NCBI GenBank assembly: GCA_002633005.1
Contig: NMRA01000012.1
Span: 124,001-188,000, forward strand
Direction: 5' to 3'
Length of the DNA stretch: 64,000 nt
DNA from: Phoronis australis
Lineage: Eukaryota; Animalia; Phoronida
Positions within the stretch are counted from its first letter, which is position 1. Each line of letters opens with the position of its first letter. Made by a program: the position numbers and the translations under genes. The notes beneath the pieces were generated by a model that saw only the letters and a program-made list of their open reading frames with translations, had not been told where the DNA came from and made no database searches. Below are positions 54,901-64,000 of this stretch, piece by piece.

Positions 54901-57900
54901 TACGATCCTGACCTGTGTGCTCCTATGGATGAGAGCATTACTGACTTGCTATGTGCCCCCTAGAGACTATTTTAAGTTTACTAGCATTGCTCCCATTAGT
55001 CAAATGTATGTGCATGTATGCGATGCACAAGGTGGGTACCTATGAATGCTCTGTGAGTGCTCATTTCATATTTAAAGACTGATAACTTCATGTGCGTGCC
55101 CAGGGGGGCTCAAGGGGCTCGAATGAGCCCCCCATTGGGCAAAGTGGGGAAAAAGGTCCACCTCAGAGAAACAAAAACTTTGGAAAAAAGTAGAAAACGA
55201 GACATAAGTCCACTGAAAAGTCAGGAAGTACTTAAATTCGGCGGATACACAATTTATAGCTCTGAACGTACCCGTGAATTTTAGTAAAAGGTCCATATTC
55301 TAATTCAAGCCCCCCCATATTTTAGGTTGGGTGCGCACATGAACTTTACTGTAAATAGTGAAAACTTCCAAATGTTTTATCAAATCTACACACACAGTTC
55401 ACATTGTGTTAGTAATAGATTGAAGTTTCTTTACGTTTGCCATGATATTTGATGAAATAGAATTTCACTTGTCAACCATATTGTGTATTATAAATTATTG
55501 GAGAAATATTGTAATTTGTAAGATGTGTTTTCTTTCAAGTCTGAGTTTAATTTTGCAATTTCTGTTTCAGATGTCAGACCTTTGAGACCTCCAAATAAAA
55601 GGAAATTTGAAACGGAACTAGAAGCTCTCAAGTCAGAAATCCAGGCCAAGGAAACTGAACTTGTATCCTTTTATAACTCCTTTGAAAACATGTTGACAGT
55701 CTGTAAAAAATAAAATTGTTGTGGTCTGTACATTTTGAGCCAGACACTGGCATATGTGATCCCAATGACTAGGTTGTTTTTTGTATCTAATATGAACTTT
55801 TAGCTTATTGTACTAGTGATGATTATTATTGAATTTGTTGAATTCAGTGTCCTTGTGTAATCTACCATTCAGTCACTTGCTTCAGACCCATACCATAAGG
55901 TACAGTAAGATATACAAGTGAAAGGTGTGATCCCATACCCACCTGTGATGTTTGACAATATCTTTAAACAGCTTGTGTGGTCTTGCCAAACTCTGAAGAC
56001 ACTGGCTATGTCACCCAGCCCTGGTTTGCTACATTTTAAACAATGTTTTTACTTTGATAAATCCTGGCACTAGTTATAGTTTGGTTTATCGGAATTAGGT
56101 AAATCCTCAAAAATTTAATTACCTTGAAAACATTTTTGTAAATTTTTTTAATATGCTATGATGTGTTGTTTATCAGTTTACATTAAAAAATAGTATGTAT
56201 GTGCTGTTCTCAAAATCTATATTTACATTGTTGTGGACTTTAAGTTTAAATCTAGAAAGGCTTACAAAGTGACTCTCAGAAAGGTGACGGAATTGCAAGC
56301 GAACTGAAGAAAATACGCATTGAGAAGAGCACATTCATCGAAAAGCGCAACCAGATGGATACAGATTTACGAGCATTAAATCAAGAAATAACTAAAAAGG
56401 TACTTGTTTAACTAGGACGCTTGCCAGAGGTAATGCGTTGACAAGCTAAATGTATGAGGAAAGGTGAGATTTGACACACTTTGGCCAATTTTTGGGGCAG
56501 ATGCTCACCTTTTGGGTGATTCGGGGGTGCCAAATATAGAGTGAAAGTATGCATCATAAGACTAAAGAATGCACTTTCTCAAACACCAGTTTCTGCGGAG
56601 GATGCATTGCATGTTAGAAGAAAGTTTTCTTTAAATTTTCCATTAATAGCAAATTTTGCATTGAAATATTTTTCGAGTGACTTTAGTAACTTGCAAATAT
56701 GCTATTATGTTTTATTCATTGTAAACTTGGTTACGCTGGTTCTGTTGCCACATGCATTTTCATTTTGTGACATTGTTACATGTGATAGTGCCTGTCATCA
56801 CCCTTCTTGACCAGCTGGATATTGACTAGGTGGTATAGAATGTTGTTCCTCACCATAGGAGAATATGTGAGATAAGTGTGCTACGTAAGTTAAATGGGAA
56901 GGTAGTATCTTTGATTTCATTTTTGATTAAATTCAATTTTCCGGTTATCCTAAATAAATTTTCATTTATAATAAAATTCATTCGAGCTCTAATCAGTTAT
57001 GCATGCGTCACCCTGGAAATGATGTTCGCGGCACGAATCATTCCCTCCTCCCACCATTGTTTACATGGTTACACTTCACGCTGTGTTTGACATTGGATGC
57101 GTCATTTTGTTAATCTTTTTATAATATGTTGGATCATTATTTCCCTTTCTCTGACTCTTACGGGTATTCCTGTTTTGTACTGGGATGCAACCATTTTGAG
57201 CTCTCAAAGTAGTGAAGTTCCATTTCACCGATTTCTAGTGGATGACAATATCCATGCGAAGTGGCTTGTTTGTGTCAAGACTATGTTGAGAGCGGCAAAC
57301 ATTTCTTGCCATAAGATTATGAAGGGAACATGTACACAACGGGCATAAAGGTACCTGCTGACCATGTTCTGAAAAGGGATATTTCTCATCTGTGCTCTGT
57401 TGCCACGTCATATTAGTGCTTTTTGAAATGCAAAGCATTGTGAGCTGCAGCCACTGTAGTGACTCAAGGCCACGAAGTTGATGTCACCCGTGTGAAGGGT
57501 CACCGCGGCGTTCAAGGCCAGCAACCAGCATAGCTTTGCCATCTACAAGTTTCGTGTTTTCTTAATGACTCTAGCCATTTCCCGTCCACCGCAGATCAAA
57601 CAATGGCTTAATCCCTCTCAAATGAGTTCCAGTTTCATTCGAAAATACTTGTTGAGGGCAAATAATTGTGGCAGTTTTTGGAAAATGTATACTGGTCTAT
57701 CAACATTTTCACAATGATTTGTTGGGCAAAAAGGTGGCAAGGTGTGATATGGTTTGTGAACGTCGTTTTCAGACTGATGTGTGCATAACTAATTAGAACC
57801 TGGGAATTTAACCAACTCAAAGATTTATTGAGGATAAGCAGAAAAGTGTAATTTACCCAAAAATGACACTAAAAGGGTTGCCTTACTTTTTAACTTACAG

Positions 57901-60900
57901 TAGGCATTTTTACGTGTGAGACTGGTCCTTTGCAAGCGCCATCTAGTGAATTTCAAGTTTCTCATTAGTTGAGGCGGCTTAGCTGTCCAATTCAATCGGA
58001 ACAGAAAATGGTTTCCTCATACCCTTAGCAAGTAGTCAAAATTGGAGACAAAAATATGGTGTTGGCAGATTCCTTTGCACAACCACATTTGTTTCAAACT
58101 GGCAAAATTCAACAAAAACTACTTTTTAAAATCTGAAGCTCATGCAATTTCCCATAGAGAAATGTCAAGAGTAAGATTCAAGATGGCAGAATCTCCTGGA
58201 CTACCCAAGCACAGTGTCGTTACATTTTCCAACCCTATTTGACTCTCTCCACTTAATCAACCTGTTGAATAGAAACCACGGTCACACCTAGGGATCCTTT
58301 GTTTTTTGCATTTATGATATTTAACTGGTAGTGATAATCTAGTATTACAACCAATCTGCTTCACATTTGTAGAAAGTTGCAATATCAAAGTTGGAGGTCA
58401 ACTTGTCTTACAAGAGCGAAGCAAGAGTAGATGACAGAATAAGGTAATGAACTTGTGGGGTCTGTTCCATGCTACTTGTGGCATTGTAGTGATTATATAC
58501 TGTTTATCTTCAAGTGATCTGGATCCAATGATATACTGTATACCTTCAAGTTGTCTAGATCCAATCATATGCTGTATACCTTCAAGTATTGTGGATCCAA
58601 TCATATACCGTATACCTTCAAGTGATCTGGATCCAATAATATACTGTACTCCTGCTTTTGAGTGATCTGTATCCAATCATATGCTGTATACCTTCAGTTG
58701 GTCTGGATCCAATCATATGCTGTATACCTTCAAGTATTGTGGATCCAATCATATACTGTATGCCTTCAAGTGATCTGGATCCAATAATATATTGTAAACG
58801 TTCAAGTGGTCTGGATCCAATGATATACTGTATACCTTCAAGTTGTCTAGATCCAATCCTATGCTGTATACCTTCAAGTGATCTGGATCCATTAATATAC
58901 TGTATGCTTTTGAGTGATCTGTATCCAATCATATGCTGTATACCTTCAGTTGGTCTGGATCCAATCATATACCGTATACCTTCAAGTGGTTTGGATCCAA
59001 TCATATACTGTATACCTTCAAGTGATCTGGATCCAATAATATACTGTACTCCTTCAAGTGGTCTGATCCAATCATATGCTGTATACCTTCAAGTAGTGTG
59101 GATCCAATCGTATACTGTATACCTTCAAGTGGTTTGGATCCAATCATATACTGTATACCTTCAAATGATCTGGATCCAATAATATATTGTAAACGTTCAA
59201 GTGGTCTGGATCCAATTATATACTGTATACCTTCAAGAGTTCTAGATCCAATTATATACTGTATACCTGGATCTAATTACAAGGCTCTCAGTGACCTTTT
59301 TGTTTTAATTTCAGACTTTCATTTTATGGCGTATTTGTATGTCATTGAGCTTGAAATAATTATCAAAGCTCAACAAAAGTGTGTTAATTAGTAAACTTGC
59401 ATGTTACAAACAACCAATACTTTGATTACTGGCCAAGGTGTTTAGCAAATATTTCATCGTAGTGTGATTTGACAGACGACCTATGGGAAACGACATGAAC
59501 TTCGAAATATCATTTTCTTAGAGAAGGGAAGTGTGACAGGGCCGTGTGTAGACCAGCCATTTGTGGTGAATGTCACTTGAAAAGGAGTGGCTGACAGTTC
59601 TAAAAGTGTCAGGTGCATTGTATTTGAGCTGTTGACTCAACTTCTCATGGAAATACACCGAGAGAAGTGACCTTGTGCGTTTCTAATAATACAACACGCC
59701 ATCCCACTTTTCAAACAGTCTGAATACCGTTAAACCCCTAGTCTCTAGTGGCAATTTTAGTTAGTCTAGTATCTGTTTTTGCAACTGCCTCGGCATTTGC
59801 CAAACCCTTGAAAGACATTTTTATGAAATTTGTGAGAGCTGTATTTCTGCTAAGGATAGATAACATCCTTGAATTTTCACACAAATCCAAGAAGTGTTAT
59901 GCCTACTGGTTGCAAGGTACTAATTACAAATAGCATCCGACTAATTTCCAAATTGATTGAAAAGTCTTCACGAAACAAAATCTTTTTGCCGATTCTGACT
60001 TCTAACACTTTGAATGTATCTGTCAGGAAATGACATCTATCTCTTACTTCCTGTGGGTACTTTAGATCATAAGTGGCTTATTAAGGTAGGTGGATACACA
60101 AAAAAATTAATTTTGACTTTTTTTTACATTTTCATATCATCCTAATCTTTAATTATTGATGCACAGTATACTGAAGAAAAATAAAATCATTCTGAAAATC
60201 CAAAGTTGTTTTTTTAGCTATATTTGACCAAACCTCAGTAAGTCATATGGCTTGAGTGCTCACCAGCTCAGTGATTGACAACTGGGGCCGAGCTTATATA
60301 CAAGGACACTAGCTCAAATCTAACCCTGTCAACAAGCATTGCGTAACCGGGCAATCGAGAGTGATGTACCAGCTGATATTGGTGTTGTAGCAAGACCAAG
60401 AATAAAACAATTCTATTTTTGACCATGTGAAAGTTAGTAGTGAAATGGTGAACTAGCTCCTGTTCCGAGCCTGAGCCTGTTTGTCTATCTGCAAAAAAAA
60501 TTAAGTTGAGTACGCCAAGCCCTACCGAAGCCATCACTGCACTCAGCTTGAGGAGTCCGTGCAGAAATTGTGCATGTATAAGAGAAGTCGGTAATATAAG
60601 GTCAGTTGTCTTGCGAGAGGACGCTGAGTGTCGACGTGGGTGGTGTTGCACGATTCGGTGAGAGTGCATACACGCGCTGTGAAGACAAGCCGCGCGCGCG
60701 ACACATGGACAACTACATGCCGTCAGAGTAGAGTCTTCGCAGATAAACCGTGCTTCTGTGCTGGGAACGTGCCGTGGAGAAACTAGGTTGTCAAACCCAG
60801 AGGATTTTTAACTTGCCACTGGCCGTAACCCAAAGAATTAGAGAAATGACCCAGTGTTCAACATAACAAAAATTTTTCTAGTGCATAGATTCAAACGTAA

Positions 60901-62307
60901 CCCTGAATTAAAACTCATGATATTATACGATTTTAGAGGAAAGCAATATAAGAAACTTTAGTAACTTGAGAACCTCACCCAAGCGGCGCTATTTGCGCAG
61001 AAAGTGATATTTTCTTATCCCAAAGTCCATTCGGTACAGGCACGTAAAAATGTTGAACCATTACTATGAAAGTAGTTCTTTATCCTCGTCGCCAATATTG
61101 TTATGTAGGCAGTAACGCGGCGATTTGATATAACACATATATTGGTTGATGATAATATTGGAATACTAACAAATAGGTCTGTGTAATATAGTTAGAGAGT
61201 CTTTTACAAACTGAGTGGAGAGTTCAGATGAATCGTATAAACAATCAACACATGGTGGTCGGCACACCAGTACAGCAGACAATAGATCAACGCTAAGCTC
61301 CGCCCACGTGACAGCCATATTTGTTTTGGTCGTCTGTCGTGCATCACAAGTTCGAAAAAATGATTAAAATTACGCTGTAAACAAACAGGTATGTCACATT
61401 TTCTAAATATGAAGTAAATATCAGCTTTATTTCTAGTACTTCAACAAAAATTGGAACATAATGACCACGCATTCTGAACGAAATTTGATCTCAAGTGGCA
61501 ATCGATGACCGCTTAACTTCAAAGCCGTTTTTCTCGGCTCGTGATTTCAGGATATTGACACGATTCTCAGGCCTATTTTTCCACAACCCGTGGGTCAATT
61601 TTAACGAAAGTTGCAAATTTGAAATCCTCTTGGACTGAAGTAAAATCGCGTGCCAGGGTTTTTTGATAAATGGACCAGATTTTTAGTTATTAGAGGGAAA
61701 GTGACCAAATGACAAAAAGTGGCGTGCTTGCCCCAACTCACACACAAAAAATGCCACAAAATCAAGATCATAATGATTTTGTACAGATATTTGGTATGGA
61801 TATGTAGAATATTGCGTAAGGAAATAGTTGATGATGATCCCTGTGCATTTTGAAAAAAAATTCGAGGTAAAATTGGATTTGTTGAAAATTAAAAAATACG
61901 ATTTAAAAAAAAAACGAACTACAAAAAAACATTTTTTTTCGATTTTTGTCACTTTCAGAATCATGTCTAACTAGTTAAAACTCCCTTTTTACTCATTTTA
62001 GTTAGGAACCTGGAGATTTGATCAGTGTATACACCTACCTTAAGTAGCCTAACTCTGTTACATGATTGTAACAAGTATTCTTAGTCGGTCGCTATGTGCG
62101 ATATACCAATGTGCGCTCATGTCACTATTTTGCATTGCTGTTGTTACTGATATCAGTAATAATGCTGCAGTTATATATATCAGTTGTGTTGTGTTGTTTG
62201 TCCAGGCGTCTAGAGGCTCAGCTAAAGTTCCACAACTTTAAACTGAGTGAAGAGAAGAAAATCGTATCTGAAGTCAATGCATTGACCCGTTCAAAGAAAG
62301 TGCTGAG
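48966..62307 (+). CDS. Bfr1/proton-pump-interactor-like coiled-coil protein, 5' part; exons 48966-49026, 55571-55662, 56256-56399, 58373-58443, 62206-62307; continues beyond the window
   Basis: Phase-consistent splicing gives MMQEAQEETQGDEDSEKNVL-DVRPLRPPNKRKFETELEALKSEIQAKETEL-KGLQSD..RALNQEITKK-KVAISKLEVNLSYKSEARVDDRIR-RLEAQLKFHNFKLSEEKKIVSEVNALTRSKKVL. The YKS..VD..I..LE......L.EEKK...E...L pattern is that of fungal Bfr1 / plant PPI. The exon structure is more certain than the family call. Confidence 0.8.
50110..50250 (+). pseudogene. Ty1/copia reverse-transcriptase fragment
   Basis: DAKLAELESWKQNNVHSEVPNEGQKCISTNWV, then after a frameshift/deletion KARLVARGFKE. Confidence 0.75.
52280..54970 (+). 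mobile_element. Composite Helentron-associated (HINE/DINE-like) elements with degenerate tandem units carrying CTCF-like motifs
   Basis: CTGTCTGTCCGTCTG microsatellite near the start (52311); 3'-type end GGGGACATAT-CAACGC-TCT-GCGTTG-CTCTTGTTTT (~54574-54609); ~17 GYGCCCYCTAGTGGCA-like motifs mostly spaced ~110-190 bp. Confidence 0.7.
53644..54010. mobile_element. hAT-like MITE with a 5-bp TSD nested in the HINE-like element
   Basis: CCTAA|CAGGGCTCGAC ... GTCGAGCCCTG|CCTAA; CAGGTCGCAT subterminal repeats; it interrupts the host motif TATCTCCTAAACCC. Confidence 0.85.
55089..55341. mobile_element. MITE with a 5-bp TSD
   Basis: AACTT|CATGTGCGTGCCCA ... TGGGTGCGCACATG|AACTT. Confidence 0.8.
55663..56255 (+). 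other. U12-type (minor spliceosome) GT-AG intron
   Basis: Donor GTATCCTTTT; 3' end lacks a pyrimidine tract and has a branch-like ACTTTAAG ~12 nt before the AG; it joins two in-frame coiled-coil exons. Confidence 0.8.
58490..59275. repeat. 36-bp minisatellite, ~22 copies (GGATCCAATCATATACTGTATACCTTCAAGTGATCT)
   Basis: Direct tandem repeats with recurring sequence variants, starting ~45 nt after an exon donor. Confidence 0.95.
60085..62039. mobile_element. Kolobok-like non-autonomous DNA transposon, 1955 bp
   Basis: TTAA TSD, GG..CC termini and a 15-bp TIR with one mismatch (GGTAGGTGKATACAC); no transposase ORF; second copy at 41175-41587. Confidence 0.85.
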
Positions 62308-62427
62308 GTAAAGTGTTACAGTTGTATATAATAATAATAATACGTTTATTTGTATTGAAGGCCACTGGCCCAAAGTACAATAAACAAAACAATTAATCAG
62401 GCACATTTGCACAAGCAGTCAACCCAT

Positions 62428-62931
62428 TTCACAGCTTGGAATTTTCCGCGGAAACGCGGATTTCCGCTTTTTTCAAATGTTCTGTCCGCGCATTTTATTA
62501 TATTTCCGCGTAAAAAAAATGGGATTTGATATAAAATTTCTGCGGCAAATTCCTTACCGCGGCGTTGCAGACGACGTTCACCTCGAAAAGCGGAAGTTGC
62601 TCTTTATGTTTCGGAGGAACGTAAATTGTCAACATTGCCGGGGCATCTGGGATAGCGTGGTGGGATTTTCAATGGCGTCTCGTGTTATTGTAAACCGCGG
62701 CGACAAATACTACGGCTCTGCAGCCAAAAATGTTTGGGTTGGGAGTGGACGGACTAGCTAAAAGGCCGCAGACACATGCTACGGATGGTGGTAACGGTTT
62801 TTTTATTTTTTTTTAGTCCTCCCGATTTTTTCCGGGGAAAGGTGCTCATCGACCATATCAAGGCTGGGTAGCGCGCATGATTTGGACCGTAAAAGTTTCC
62901 GCGTTTTTTGTCACTGGTCATTCCAAGCCCT
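62428..62931. mobile_element. hAT-like MITE with TTCCGCG subterminal repeats
   Basis: GCTTGGAAT ... ATTCCAAGCCCTG termini; CCATT on both flanks (left terminus degenerate). Confidence 0.6.
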
Positions 62932-64000
62932 GCCATTTAAGAGTTGTTCTTGTCTTTTAAGGGCAAAATACACCTATTTAACAGCAGATATATCTGGATT
63001 AACGAGCAGGCGTATTCAGGATTCTTGAGTTGGATGCCTCCATGAGACATGATTAAAAGACACAAGATATTTCGAAACTTACTTGTTTCATTCTTAAGTG
63101 GAAGTAAAATGTGACAACCTTTGGTATCCTTGGAACAAGTATTGGAGTTCATTTTGGTTGTATTCGAGAAGCCTGTTTTGAATAGCAGCAAACATTGTCG
63201 TGCCTTGTTTGCGTGACTTTCCTGTTACCATCTCTTTTTGTCACTCTTTGCAGTATTTCACACTTGTGCTATTGTGTATGTTACTAGCTTTTGCCCTGTG
63301 GTGGTAGTGCTGCGTCATTTTATTTCCACTTGAGAATGAAACAAGTATGTTTCGAAATATCGTGTGTCTTTTAGTCATGTCTCTTGGTCAGTTGCTTCAC
63401 CAATGTTCTGTTGAACGTCGAATTTCGTTCCGAGGATATGAACGGAATGGAGTGAAGATAGTCAACAATGACAAGTGCCGTGGCTTTAACGAGTTTTGCA
63501 TAACGGAAAACGTGCTAGCCAAGTACAGCAAGTATCTGTTTGTGTATATGTATATAATGACTCGGCCTAATTGTTTTATGAGCTGTGATTCAGCCAAATG
63601 GTGATATCACCTGTGATTCAGCCATCTTTTGGTTCTGTTGCCTAGTGACAGGATGTTAACATATGTTAGGAACCATATTTTATTTGATTTTCTTTAAATC
63701 TCTTCCTTTGAGCATGAAGCTATGTAGTTACAAAATCATGTATGTGGTGATGGAAAAGAGATTATGAACTTCTTTTCAATGGAATTCACAAGGTTTCTCA
63801 AAAGTTGCATTGGCTCTTTCCATTGAAAATTAAATTTCATATTTTCCATGTGAACATTTCTTGACTCTCATGATTTCGTGGAACTGGCGCAAATTTAATG
63901 TACTAATTTAGGAACCCCATTATAAATACAAATCATTTTGCTTTGTTTTTGCTGTCAACTGGTTACACAACAAGAGCAGGTTAAGATTATACAAAAATTC

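Noticed and set aside
58490-59275. 36-bp repeats as a CRISPR array or a repeat-protein gene
   Set aside because: The units are contiguous with no unique spacers, there are no cas genes, the context is a eukaryotic intron, and indels break the reading frames
60085-62039. piggyBac assignment for the TTAA-flanked element, and its internal 133-aa ORF as a transposase
   Set aside because: The termini are GG..CC (Kolobok-type) rather than CC..GG, and the ORF has no transposase motifs

Overview
Eukaryotic, AT-rich, intron- and transposon-rich animal DNA. It is probably from a marine invertebrate bilaterian, which is an inference from gene structure and repeat types. By manual splice-site reconstruction it holds four genes: a complete 6-exon pyrroline-5-carboxylate reductase (+), a complete 12-coding-exon cohesin kleisin RAD21 (-), the first five exons of a Bfr1/proton-pump-interactor-like coiled-coil gene (+, containing a U12-type intron), and a probable start-codon exon of an unidentified gene running off the left edge (-). 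The genes appear to form two head-to-head pairs. The best candidate for an undescribed system is a 632-nt in-frame extra exon in the RAD21 intron after coding exon 3. It begins as a near-copy of the next canonical exon but lacks its separase site and carries DSG degron-like, RxL and Cys-cluster motifs. Also notable are Helentron/HINE-like elements carrying same-orientation arrays of CTCF-like motifs, and many non-autonomous DNA transposons (Kolobok-like, 5/6-bp TSD hAT-like, Tc1/mariner-like, a THAP-start foldback). No database searches were run; family calls come from recognising protein and terminal motifs.
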